Virus record (IMG/VR): IMGVR_UViG_3300033143_004977
Span: 1 to 59,757 of that record
Source: a virus
Taxonomy: Duplodnaviria; Caudoviricetes
Strand: one strand, 5' to 3'
Length of the DNA stretch: 59,757 nt
The notes under the pieces are model-generated. The model did not search any database. It was not told where the DNA came from and worked only from the letters and a program-made list of their open reading frames with translations. A program made the translations under genes and the position numbers. Positions 38,025 through 46,431 of this stretch are shown piece by piece (position 1 is the stretch's first letter; every line of letters begins with the position of its first letter).

Positions 38025-39215
38025 ATGAAAGTAATAAAAAAAGAAAATTATAAAGTCCCAGTATTTAGTTGGTGTCCAGAAATTGAGGATAGTGCAATGA
38101 AACAGATTGACAATATGGCGCAGCTTCCTTTTTTACATAAAAGGATTTGTATAATGCCTGATGCTCACCTTGGTTTCGGTTGCGTAATCGGTTCTGTAAT
38201 TGCTACTAAAAATGTAATAATTCCTGCTGCAGTGAGTAGCGATATCGGTTGTGGGCTCGTAGCAGTCAAAACTTCGCTAACAGACATAGATACAGAAACG
38301 CTTAAAAAAATAATGGGAGAAATTAGAAAAGTTATTCCTGTTGGATTTAGTAAACAACCCGAAAAACAAGACCGAAAATTATTACCTGAAACATTTGGTG
38401 AAAGAATAATTCAACAAGAATTAAATAATGCAAGAAAATCTCTTGGGTCACTTGGCGGAGGGAATCATTTTATTTCTATAGAAAAAGGTTCAGACAGACA
38501 TATCTGGATAATGATACATTCTGGTAGCAGAAATTTAGGCAAACAGGTTGCAGACTACTACAATAAATTAGCAATCAAATTAAATGAGAAATGGCATAGT
38601 AAAGTTCCGAAAGAATGGGAATTAGCATTTTTACCTGTTGATAGCGAAGAAGGACAGGCATATATCAGAGAAATGAATTATTGTGTAGAATTTGCTTTTG
38701 CTAATAGAAAATTGATGATGGATAAAATTAAAAAAATTTTTGTAAAAGAAACTGATTGCATATTTTGTTTTAAAAGTGATAATGTTATATTTGATGATAA
38801 CAATATGTTAAATATTGCTCATAATTATGCTTCACAAGAAAATCATTTTGGAAAGAATGTGTGGGTTCATAGAAAAGGAGCAACACAAGCGAAAAAAGGA
38901 CAAATAGGAATAATTCCTGGCTCGCAAGGCACAAGTTCATATATTGTAGAAGGACTTGGCAATCCAGAAAGTTTTGAAAGTTGTAGTCACGGCGCTGGTA
39001 GAGTAATGGGAAGAAAACAAGCAAAGAAAGAGTTGAATCTGGAAAAAGAAATCAAAATATTAAACGACCAGAATATAATTCACGGTATCCGAAATCAAGA
39101 TGATTTGGACGAGAGTGTAAGTTGTTACAAGAATATTGAATATATAATTTCACAACAGACAGATTTAATTAAACCAATTGTTAAACTTACACCATTGGCT
39201 GTCATCAAAGGATGA
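38025..39215 (+). CDS. rtcB: RtcB RNA ligase
   Basis: MPDAH, DIGCG, GSLGGGNHF, HSGSR, HRKGA, PGSQG, SHGAGR. Confidence 0.95.
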   Translation: MKVIKKENYKVPVFSWCPEIEDSAMKQIDNMAQLPFLHKRICIMPDAHLGFGCVIGSVIATKNVIIPAAVSSDIGCGLVAVKTSLTDIDTETLKKIMGEIRKVIPVGFSKQPEKQDRKLLPETFGERIIQQELNNARKSLGSLGGGNHFISIEKGSDRHIWIMIHSGSRNLGKQVADYYNKLAIKLNEKWHSKVPKEWELAFLPVDSEEGQAYIREMNYCVEFAFANRKLMMDKIKKIFVKETDCIFCFKSDNVIFDDNNMLNIAHNYASQENHFGKNVWVHRKGATQAKKGQIGIIPGSQGTSSYIVEGLGNPESFESCSHGAGRVMGRKQAKKELNLEKEIKILNDQNIIHGIRNQDDLDESVSCYKNIEYIISQQTDLIKPIVKLTPLAVIKG

Positions 39216-39312
39216 TTTTAGAACCTTCTCTGAAGTTCTAGGAGCCACGGAGAGGGCTTTATACAGTAAAACCATAGTAAACCACCTTCATTATTTTTTA
39301 ATCAATAAAAGT

Positions 39313-39714
39313 ATGGCACGAGAAGCAAAATTCAATTTCATGCCTGTTCACACAGTTGATCTAGGCAATCATAGTAAAGCAGCTGTTAATATCAATAAAC
39401 GAGGTATTCTTACGTTCAATAGAGTGTATGTTAAAGAGAATGGATTGAAAGGGAAGTATATTAAGTTCTATACTGATATTACTAAAAAGACATTAGGTTG
39501 GCAAATTATAAGCACATTCGACGAATTGTCTGATATAAAAAAGAAAAAGGAATATCGCAAAATAACAACAACTAAAATTGGAAGTGCAATTATCTCACTT
39601 GTACCGATCTTAAAAAAGATAAACCCAAATGGTGTTAATTACACAAAGTTACAGGTCGACACGTATATAGATACATTGTTTGGAAAAATTTATTATGTAA
39701 AACTAAACAAATGA
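39313..39714 (+). CDS. Hypothetical protein (start reassigned to ATG 39313)
   Basis: MAREAKFNF...; avoids the overlap with rtcB. Confidence 0.55.
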   Translation: MAREAKFNFMPVHTVDLGNHSKAAVNINKRGILTFNRVYVKENGLKGKYIKFYTDITKKTLGWQIISTFDELSDIKKKKEYRKITTTKIGSAIISLVPILKKINPNGVNYTKLQVDTYIDTLFGKIYYVKLNK

Positions 39715-40151
39715 AATTATCAAAAGAAATTAAAAGTCTTAGAGGAGAAAGTTTTCGACAAGCTGTATTTATCCAGGAAGAAATAAATAAATTACCAAAA
39801 GGAAAAGACGGCAAACCAGATCTTTCAGGCATTAGCAATGAAAATGTTGAGAATGTAATATTGAATTGTCTTGCACTCTATCAAGAAGTAACATCTGCAA
39901 AAGAAGGATTCTATGTAAACACTATTGCAAATCTAATCTTAACTAAGGAAAAAGACGAAATTGAATTACAAAGTAAGTTTAGAAAATTCTTAATAGAAGT
40001 TCTTGAAAGTTCAATTATGAGAACAGAAACAGTCACAGATGGTGACAAAGAAGTAAAAAAACAAAAAGGAATTTATTCTGGCTGGATTATCTCACAAGTC
40101 CTGTCAGAATTAGGAGTAACAGTAAATGAAGAAGGTGAAATAGTTTACTAA
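39711..40151 (+). CDS. Hypothetical protein
   Basis: ORF track. Confidence 0.6.
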   Translation: MKLSKEIKSLRGESFRQAVFIQEEINKLPKGKDGKPDLSGISNENVENVILNCLALYQEVTSAKEGFYVNTIANLILTKEKDEIELQSKFRKFLIEVLESSIMRTETVTDGDKEVKKQKGIYSGWIISQVLSELGVTVNEEGEIVY

Positions 40152-40199
40152 ATATTAAATTTAGTATATAATTAAAATATTATTATTAACATAACAATC

Positions 40200-40451
40200 A
40201 TGGAAAATGAAGAACAATTTTTAGAAATGATAATTAAAGGAATAGTAACAGAACCCGACAAAGTCGAAATTGTAAGAAAAAAAGATGAAATGGGAGTGTT
40301 ATACACTGTTACTGCTGCTGAATCAGATTTAGCAAAAATAATTGGCAAACAAGGAAACATTGCACAAGCTATTAGACTTCTTCTTAAAGTGGTGGGATAT
40401 AAATATTCTGTCCGCGCTTCAATGAAGATTAATGTACCACATAACAAATAA
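40200..40451 (+). CDS. khpA: KH-domain RNA-binding protein (KhpA/UPF0109 family)
   Basis: IVTEPDKVEI, DLAKIIGKQGNIAQAIRLL. Confidence 0.85.
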   Translation: MENEEQFLEMIIKGIVTEPDKVEIVRKKDEMGVLYTVTAAESDLAKIIGKQGNIAQAIRLLLKVVGYKYSVRASMKINVPHNK

Positions 40452-40455
40452 TAAT

Positions 40456-40665
40456 ATGTCAGGAGAAATAATTGGATATTGTCTTAAATGTAAAACAAAA
40501 CGAAGAATCACAAAACCATTTATTTATCATTTTAAAACGACACAATGCACAAATAAAAGTCGTGAAGGAATGAGAGCAATAAAAGGTTTCTGTGAAATAT
40601 GCGGAACAAAAATGTTTAAGATACTTCCTAAAAGTGAAAAACGACTCTTAATTGAAGATTTTTAA
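40456..40665 (+). CDS. DUF5679-like Zn-ribbon protein
   Basis: YCLKCK ... KGFCEICGTKMFKI. Confidence 0.75.
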   Translation: MSGEIIGYCLKCKTKRRITKPFIYHFKTTQCTNKSREGMRAIKGFCEICGTKMFKILPKSEKRLLIEDF

Positions 40666-40667
40666 TC

Positions 40668-41357
40668 ATGAAAAGCATACTAATTGGCTATGGTGAAATT
40701 GGAAAAGCATTAGAAAATGTTTTGCCTGGTCCTATGACAATAATAGATAAAAATGGAATCGTGAGAGGACTTGCTAAAGATTTAAATAATGTTGATATAA
40801 TGCATATCTGTTTTCCGTATTCTGACGAATTTGAAGAAGATGTTAAGAAGTATCAAGATAAATACAAACCAAAATATACTGTTATTCATAGCACTGTAAA
40901 AATAGGAACTAGTAGAAAATTAAATGCAGTTCATTCACCAATTGAAGGAGAACATCCTTATTTAGAAAAAGCTATAAAAACATCAACAAAATTTTTAGCA
41001 GGAAAAGACGCAAGTGAAATAGCTATTTATTTCAAAAAAGCTAATTTGAAAGTGTATTTGTTTGATAATCCAGAAACAACAGAATTAATGAAAATACTTT
41101 CTACTACAAAATTTGGTGTTGATGTAGAATATGCAAAAGAAGTAAAAAGACAGTGTAATAAATATAATGTTCCATTTGAAGCATGGACTATTTATACAGA
41201 TATGTACAATAAAATGTATCAAGAATTAAATCATTCAGAATATATAAGACCACAAATAGTACCTATAATGAAAAAAATTGGAGGACATTGTGTTTTAGAA
41301 AATTGTGAATTGTTTAAAAATGTATTCACTGACTTAATAAAAAAGCTGAATAAATAA
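40668..41357 (+). CDS. Short UDP-glucose/GDP-mannose dehydrogenase-like protein
   Basis: IGYGEIG, HSTV, TELMK, IGGHCV. Confidence 0.75.
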   Translation: MKSILIGYGEIGKALENVLPGPMTIIDKNGIVRGLAKDLNNVDIMHICFPYSDEFEEDVKKYQDKYKPKYTVIHSTVKIGTSRKLNAVHSPIEGEHPYLEKAIKTSTKFLAGKDASEIAIYFKKANLKVYLFDNPETTELMKILSTTKFGVDVEYAKEVKRQCNKYNVPFEAWTIYTDMYNKMYQELNHSEYIRPQIVPIMKKIGGHCVLENCELFKNVFTDLIKKLNK

Positions 41358-41359
41358 TT

Positions 41360-41800
41360 ATGTTAAAGTATTCACAAGGAAAACATCCAAATTCTCGCAA
41401 TGGTTTTCAAAAAGGTTATCATTCGTTGTCTGAATTCGAAAAAGGAACTATACCTTGGAACAAAGGATTGACAAAAGAAACTGATGAAAGAGTTAAAAAA
41501 AGTGCTGAAAAATTAAAAGATCGTACATTATCACAGTCTCATGTAGAAAAGATAAAACATGTTATGATAGGAAAAATTGATGAAGAAAGTAGAAATTGGA
41601 AAGGAGATAATGCTAAAAAATTAGCAATGCATGGATGGGTAGTACGAAAAAAAGGAAAAGCATCTGAACATACGTGTGTAGATTGCGGAAAACAAGCACT
41701 GGATTGGTCAAATAAAGATCACTCATATAAAAGAATTTTAGAAGATTACTCTCCAAGATGTAAAAAATGTCATATGAAATATGATAAAAAATATAATTGA
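41360..41800 (+). CDS. NUMOD3/HNH-like endonuclease
   Basis: PWNKG, HGWV..CVDC..WSN..CKKCH. Confidence 0.75.
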   Translation: MLKYSQGKHPNSRNGFQKGYHSLSEFEKGTIPWNKGLTKETDERVKKSAEKLKDRTLSQSHVEKIKHVMIGKIDEESRNWKGDNAKKLAMHGWVVRKKGKASEHTCVDCGKQALDWSNKDHSYKRILEDYSPRCKKCHMKYDKKYN

Positions 41801-41868
41801 AAATGCAAAAGTCAAATTTGTAAATTTTCTATTATACTACAAATTTACTAAATTTTTAAAAAAACAAA

Positions 41869-42090
41869 ATGAAGAAAAGAAAACTTAATATACATAGTTT
41901 TTTTGATAGTCTTGGTAAAACAGCAGATGAATTAAAAAAACCTAAAATACAATATAAAAAACCGACTGCTGAATATGATGCAATGATGCTGGCAAAACAG
42001 AAAGAAAGACAAAAAGAAATAACAATATCAAAAGATGATTTTACACCGTACAGCGAGGTCGATCCCGATATTGAAAAAGAGATCAATTAA
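41869..42090 (+). CDS. Hypothetical protein
   Basis: ORF track. Confidence 0.5.
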   Translation: MKKRKLNIHSFFDSLGKTADELKKPKIQYKKPTAEYDAMMLAKQKERQKEITISKDDFTPYSEVDPDIEKEIN

Positions 42091-42095
42091 AAAAC

Positions 42096-42530
42096 ATGAA
42101 TACTAATATAAATAATGTTATACAAATAATAGATTCTTTCATAAAAAAAGAAAAGAAAGAGTTAGATTCAATAGATTTTGTAATTGGTATAAGCCGGGGA
42201 GGTTTAATTCCAGCTGCATGGTTATCAACGAAAATAATTAAACCATTAGTAGCAGCGTACATTGACAAACAAGACAATGTTTATTTCGATAGAAAAGAAT
42301 GGATAATAAATAAAAACGTTCTAATAGTAGATGATATATGCAGATCAGGCAAAACTCTTTGTAAAATCTCAAAATTAATAGAAAAAAGCAATCCAAAAAG
42401 TATAAAAATTTTTACTATTTATGATATACCATCAATAAGAAAAGACGAATATAAGAAATATTTAATTAATAAATTAAAACCTGGGGAAAAATTAAATGAA
42501 GATATTATTTTGCCCTGGGATTTTGACTGA
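42096..42530 (+). CDS. Type I phosphoribosyltransferase (Gpt-like)
   Basis: GISRGGLIPA, VLIVDDICRSGKT, LPW. Confidence 0.85.
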   Translation: MNTNINNVIQIIDSFIKKEKKELDSIDFVIGISRGGLIPAAWLSTKIIKPLVAAYIDKQDNVYFDRKEWIINKNVLIVDDICRSGKTLCKISKLIEKSNPKSIKIFTIYDIPSIRKDEYKKYLINKLKPGEKLNEDIILPWDFD

Positions 42531-43042
42531 TGAAGACTATAAAATCAAAAATACGAATAGTTAAAAATTTTCCTGTACCAGGAGTGTCTTATAAAGACAT
42601 TACACCTGTAATCGAAGATGCTAAAACATATAAAAAAGTCATAGAAAAATTCGTTGATATATATTCTGATAAAAAAATAGATAAGATAGCTGGCATAGAA
42701 TCAAGAGGATTTTTATTTGCATCATCATTAGCATATGCAATGAATACTGGTTTAATAATGATACGAAAATCTGGAAAATTACCGTATAAAAAAATAACAG
42801 TATATCACTCTCTTGAATATGGTACTAGTGCATTAGAGATACACACAGATTCTGTAAAAGTCGGAGAAAATATTTTAATAATAGATGATGTTCTCGCAAC
42901 AGGAGGGACAATGGAAGCAGCAATTAAATTAGTAAACATTCTCAAAGGCAATATAATAAGTTTGGGATTTTTATTAGAAGTTCCCCTAGGTGGACGAAAA
43001 AAATTAAATAATTATAGAATTGATTCTCTAATTAAGTACTAG
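42530..43042 (+). CDS. apt: Adenine phosphoribosyltransferase
   Basis: FPVPGVSYKDIT, GIESRGF, RKSGKLP, LEYG, IDDVLATGGT. Confidence 0.95.
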   Translation: MKTIKSKIRIVKNFPVPGVSYKDITPVIEDAKTYKKVIEKFVDIYSDKKIDKIAGIESRGFLFASSLAYAMNTGLIMIRKSGKLPYKKITVYHSLEYGTSALEIHTDSVKVGENILIIDDVLATGGTMEAAIKLVNILKGNIISLGFLLEVPLGGRKKLNNYRIDSLIKY

Positions 43043-43045
43043 GAA

Positions 43046-43082
43046 TAAAAAAATAACTATAAATGAATATAGCTATTTTTTA
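43046..43082. terminator. Probable bidirectional terminator at the strand switch
   Basis: A-run, imperfect stem and T-run between convergent blocks. Confidence 0.5.
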
Positions 43083-43087
43083 TTTGC

Positions 43088-43261
43088 TTACACTTCCTCT
43101 TCTGCACTCCAATTAATTGACATATGACAATTCTTATTTTCCATATCAAAATTTCCACTAATCGTAAATGTTCTTTTTTCGTTTTTAAGTTTTTTAACCT
43201 TTGTTATAAACTCATCAAACTCTTCTAATTTAGTGAAATTGATTGATTTGTGCACTAACAT
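43088..43261 (-). CDS. Small hypothetical protein, 57 aa
   Basis: MLVHKSINF...; SD AAGGAG. Confidence 0.5.
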   Translation of the reverse strand: MLVHKSINFTKLEEFDEFITKVKKLKNEKRTFTISGNFDMENKNCHMSINWSAEEEV

Positions 43262-43415
43262 ATTGACTCCTTTCTAGACAGATAATTGTAGCAATTAAAA
43301 AATAAAAACTAAATACGTAAAATGGAAAGCCCTCGTCGTGTCCTGTAGTTTTATTAGTAATATAACCAAACAGAAAAAAGAAAATAGCTATTGATAACGG
43401 TAGTATAAATATCAT
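43230..43415 (-). CDS. Small membrane protein
   Basis: Two hydrophobic segments. Confidence 0.5.
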   Translation of the reverse strand: MIFILPLSIAIFFFLFGYITNKTTGHDEGFPFYVFSFYFLIATIICLERSQYVSAQINQFH

Positions 43416-43705
43416 TTTACATCGTTTAATGCTTTCTTAGCACTAAATTCTTTTCTTTGTTCGTATTCAGATAATTTTCCCGGGTTCCATTGCGAGACTG
43501 GACGAAGAAAACCCACGACACGAGAATACACTTCTGCTTTTTGGTAATCGCGTAATATTGGATCTTTAGCATAACAGTCTAAACATTTAACAAACATTTC
43601 TTTTTCTGTGTCATAAAATTTAGCACCTGTTACTTTTTGATTTTTTTCATCTATTTTTATATCTTTAATTTCCTTGCCACAATCGTGGCAAAATATTTGT
43701 TCCAT
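43412..43705 (-). CDS. Stand-alone NrdD C-terminal (Zn plus glycyl-radical loop) protein
   Basis: CHDC..CLDC, EVYSRVVGFLRPVSQWNPGK..E...R. Confidence 0.8.
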   Translation of the reverse strand: MEQIFCHDCGKEIKDIKIDEKNQKVTGAKFYDTEKEMFVKCLDCYAKDPILRDYQKAEVYSRVVGFLRPVSQWNPGKLSEYEQRKEFSAKKALNDVK

Positions 43706-43850
43706 AATAAAAAATTAACACACTAATAAGAATTGCAATCTCAACATAAATGACAGAAATCAAAAACTGTTTAGATTTATATCCAGCAGATATTGCAGAT
43801 GCACCCAAAATCATACCTAACACGAACGTAACGAATAATTCGTCTGTCAT
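43665..43850 (-). CDS. Small two-TM membrane protein (holin candidate)
   Basis: Directly downstream of the amidase. Confidence 0.45.
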   Translation of the reverse strand: MTDELFVTFVLGMILGASAISAGYKSKQFLISVIYVEIAILISVLIFYYGTNILPRLWQGN

Positions 43851-44488
43851 AGATTTAGAATATTTTTCCAACTTTTCTCGAACATACCTCGATAAATCAG
43901 ATACTTACTCATATCGTTTACTTTTTTCGGAGAACCAGACAAACCTCTATTTACTAACAACTTCAACTCTTTTTCATCTGAAATTGAGATAGCTATTTTA
44001 AGAACTTCATCTCTAAGGTATTGGTTCTTTTTTTTATCGATTACGTAAATCATATTATTTGTAATTAAATTTTTAGCCCAATTATCGTGTATTAACTTGC
44101 CAGGACAAGATTTATAAAAGGCAAAATCACGATGATATTTTATAATTGCATCAGGATATTTTTTCTTTAAAGATAATAATAATTTTGTTAATGCTTCTGT
44201 TTGTCGTTGAGTAGGTAATTCAATATCAAAATTACCATCAAGCTCTATATGAATTGCTTTACCACTATTCATACCTTGTTGATAACATGCTGCTGTAATT
44301 TCACCATCTCTTCTTGCTTGCCTAACTTTTCCGTATTTTGAAATTTCATAATTATAGCCAAGATAATATCCAAGTGAACTTTTAAAATTCCATTTTTTCC
44401 GATGGTAATTGTTATTAGCAACCCATTGATCGAAGTTTCTAGAATATGAGACAGCTGAGTGATGCATTATAAGATATTTAATAGTCAT
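43847..44488 (-). CDS. N-acetylmuramoyl-L-alanine amidase (endolysin)
   Basis: IMHHSA, GYNYEI, HIELDGNF, YHRD..KSCPG; start reassigned to ATG 44488. Confidence 0.85.
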   Translation of the reverse strand: MTIKYLIMHHSAVSYSRNFDQWVANNNYHRKKWNFKSSLGYYLGYNYEISKYGKVRQARRDGEITAACYQQGMNSGKAIHIELDGNFDIELPTQRQTEALTKLLLSLKKKYPDAIIKYHRDFAFYKSCPGKLIHDNWAKNLITNNMIYVIDKKKNQYLRDEVLKIAISISDEKELKLLVNRGLSGSPKKVNDMSKYLIYRGMFEKSWKNILNL

Positions 44489-44492
44489 GTTA

Positions 44493-44600
44493 TTATTTTT
44501 TTCCTTTTCCACTAGATCGGGTGGAAGAACAACCACCTCTACCTCTATTTGCTCTTGACCCTTTTCCAGAACCATCTCTTTTAGGAGTTCCTTTTGCCAT
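44493..44600 (-). CDS. Small Gly/Arg/Lys-rich basic peptide
   Basis: MAKGTPKRDGSGKGSRANRGRGGC...; SD AAGGA. Confidence 0.6.
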   Translation of the reverse strand: MAKGTPKRDGSGKGSRANRGRGGCSSTRSSGKGKK

Positions 44601-44649
44601 AATTTTATCCTTTCTAGTTTTAATGTATAAGAAAACTTTTTTTGAAAAA

Positions 44650-44778
44650 TTAGGGTGGTATATTGCATCCACCCGTTTTCCAGCGATATCGAATTCGGAT
44701 TTGCTCTTTGAGCGTCTTGTCACGTTGGAGATGACCATAGAAGCGATTTAGTGCTTCATAGTATGGAGGGATTGTCAT
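44650..44778 (-). CDS. Micro-ORF, 42 aa
   Basis: SD GGAGG; ATGA overlap; MTIPPYYEALNRF. Confidence 0.5.
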   Translation of the reverse strand: MTIPPYYEALNRFYGHLQRDKTLKEQIRIRYRWKTGGCNIPP

Positions 44779-45050
44779 CTCATTACCTCCAAGAGCATTC
44801 TCTCTATGTCAGTTGGCATAAAGTTCTTTGCGATATATCTTACCGCTTGTTCAGGGATCATATCACCAACTAAATGATGATAACGGCGATGGGCTTCCGA
44901 GTCAACCATTTTGATTTCTCGGTTGTGTCTGACATCTCGTGAAGGATAACAATGGTGCTTGTTCTTCCCAATTTCTTTCATCGGGTTTTCTTTGTGTCTG
45001 TGCTTTCGTTTCCTGCGCTTCTTAGTACGACTCCATATTCTTTTGGACAT
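44775..45050 (-). CDS. Small basic HNH-like protein
   Basis: KHHCYPSR ... HRRYH; SD GAGGT. Confidence 0.55.
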   Translation of the reverse strand: MSKRIWSRTKKRRKRKHRHKENPMKEIGKNKHHCYPSRDVRHNREIKMVDSEAHRRYHHLVGDMIPEQAVRYIAKNFMPTDIERMLLEVMR

Positions 45051-45056
45051 GTTACC

Positions 45057-45185
45057 TCACAAATTCTTACTGCTTATCAATGCTGTACCGAATCCTTCGG
45101 AGAAGTATTTCTTTTTTACTTCTTCCTTGAAAGGGTCTAATACTGGAATTTTCCAGAAATCAATTCGATAGATCGGGGGTTCCAT
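45057..45185 (-). CDS. Micro-ORF, 42 aa
   Basis: SD GAGGTG; MEPPIYRIDFWK. Confidence 0.5.
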   Translation of the reverse strand: MEPPIYRIDFWKIPVLDPFKEEVKKKYFSEGFGTALISSKNL

Positions 45186-45309
45186 TGTATAACACCTCGT
45201 TTATATGTTCCTTGGTTGCTTTCTCGTAGTGTTCCGTGAGTGCTGTTTGTCTTGTTCTCATTTCGTGAGAGAACCTTTTTCTAATTGTTCCATTTTCTAG
45301 AACTAACAT
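45160..45309 (-). CDS. Micro-ORF, 49 aa
   Basis: SD GAGGTG; MLVLENGTIRKRF. Confidence 0.5.
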   Translation of the reverse strand: MLVLENGTIRKRFSHEMRTRQTALTEHYEKATKEHINEVLYNGTPDLSN

Positions 45310-45438
45310 TGTTTTCACCTCTTAAGTGCTTGTATACTGTTTGTTCGTATTGCTATAATAGCGTCTTCTGTGCTCATCTGATTGGTCACTTCTTTGCCAG
45401 TGTTCGTATCTACAAACACTCAGTATCCATCTTGTGTC

Positions 45439-45567
45439 TCAATGTTTAATGACATTGTCTATCTTCTTATAGTTCTGTAAGAACTGTAACAGACCATTAT
45501 CTGTCAGCTTTTGTTCTTCACCGTTGTAATAGACGATCCATTTTCCTTTGCGATGTGTTAACCGCAT
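45439..45567 (-). CDS. Micro-ORF, 42 aa
   Basis: SD AGGAGG; MRLTHRKGKWIVYYNG. Confidence 0.55.
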   Translation of the reverse strand: MRLTHRKGKWIVYYNGEEQKLTDNGLLQFLQNYKKIDNVIKH

Positions 45568-45595
45568 TGTATTCTCCTCCTGAATGTTATCAGGG

Positions 45596-45669
45596 TAAGT
45601 GAGGTCAGATTCGAACTGACGACCTCGAGCTTATGAAACTCGTGAGCTTCCTGACTGCTCTACTCACTT
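45596..45669 (-). tRNA. tRNA with CAT anticodon (Met; Ile2 not excluded)
   Basis: AAGTGAG/CTCACTT acceptor, GAGC/GCTC D stem, TT-CAT-AA loop, GTCAG-TTCGAAT-CTGAC T arm. Confidence 0.88.
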
Positions 45670-45670
45670 A

Positions 45671-45699
45671 TTTACATATTTTTAAATATGTATTATAAT
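45671..45699 (+). promoter_or_regulatory. Phage promoter driving the inverted HNH gene
   Basis: TTTACA-17 nt-TATAAT. Confidence 0.7.
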
Positions 45700-45789
45700 A
45701 TAAATAGTTGAGACAGCAACTATTTTTTATACGACCCTTGAGGAGCTGTCTCTCCAATGGGGTCTTTTATATTATTAAAAATTAAATAT

Positions 45790-46302
45790 ATGTCTAAAGT
45801 ATTTATAATCTGTCAACAATGCGGTGCAATTCGTTATGTTAAACCAAGTATACTACATTCTGCAAAATATTGCAGTAGACAATGTAAAGACGATGCTGGT
45901 CAATCTAAAACAACTAGAAATAAAATTAGTAAATCATTAACAGGTTATAAACAAACAGAAGAACATAAATTGAAAAACACTAGTAAAAATTTTAAAATGA
46001 ATGAAAACAAATATAAAATAACAGGTCCAAATAATTATAGATGGAAAGGAGAAAAATATCAAACCGCAGAAGGACGATGGTTAATATGTATAAAAGAAGG
46101 TCAACCGAGAATGAAATATTCAAGATATATCGCAGAAAAATATTTAAAAAGAAAATTGTCAAAGGAAGAAGTTGTTCATCATATAAATGGTGATAAAAGT
46201 GATGATAGACCTGAAAATCTTTATGTTTTTCCAGGACAGTCTGCACATATTACACAACATAATTTAAAAAATTCACCGATTCTAATATCAAATATTATTT
46301 AA
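45790..46302 (+). CDS. HNH homing endonuclease (intact)
   Basis: CQQC..YCSRQC, EVVHHINGDKSDDRPENL. Confidence 0.85.
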   Translation: MSKVFIICQQCGAIRYVKPSILHSAKYCSRQCKDDAGQSKTTRNKISKSLTGYKQTEEHKLKNTSKNFKMNENKYKITGPNNYRWKGEKYQTAEGRWLICIKEGQPRMKYSRYIAEKYLKRKLSKEEVVHHINGDKSDDRPENLYVFPGQSAHITQHNLKNSPILISNII

Positions 46303-46329
46303 ATAAATATATTGTTTTGACTATTTATT

Positions 46330-46425
46330 AAAAAATTGAAGCGGAGAGGCAAGCGGAGGGACTTGCTCTCCTAAAAGGAGGTTGGGGAAATTCCCCACTT
46401 CAATTTTCTAACTAATGATCCTAAT
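46330..46425 (-). ncRNA. Putative small RNA with C-rich (anti-SD-like) loops
   Basis: Promoter just upstream; 16-bp closing stem whose G-U pairs favour the minus strand; U-tract. Confidence 0.45.
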
Positions 46426-46431
46426 ACTTAT

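Noticed and set aside
44489-44738. Long N-terminal extensions of ORFs 43847..44668 and 44493..44738
   Set aside because: Better explained by separate genes starting at 44488, 44600 and 44778
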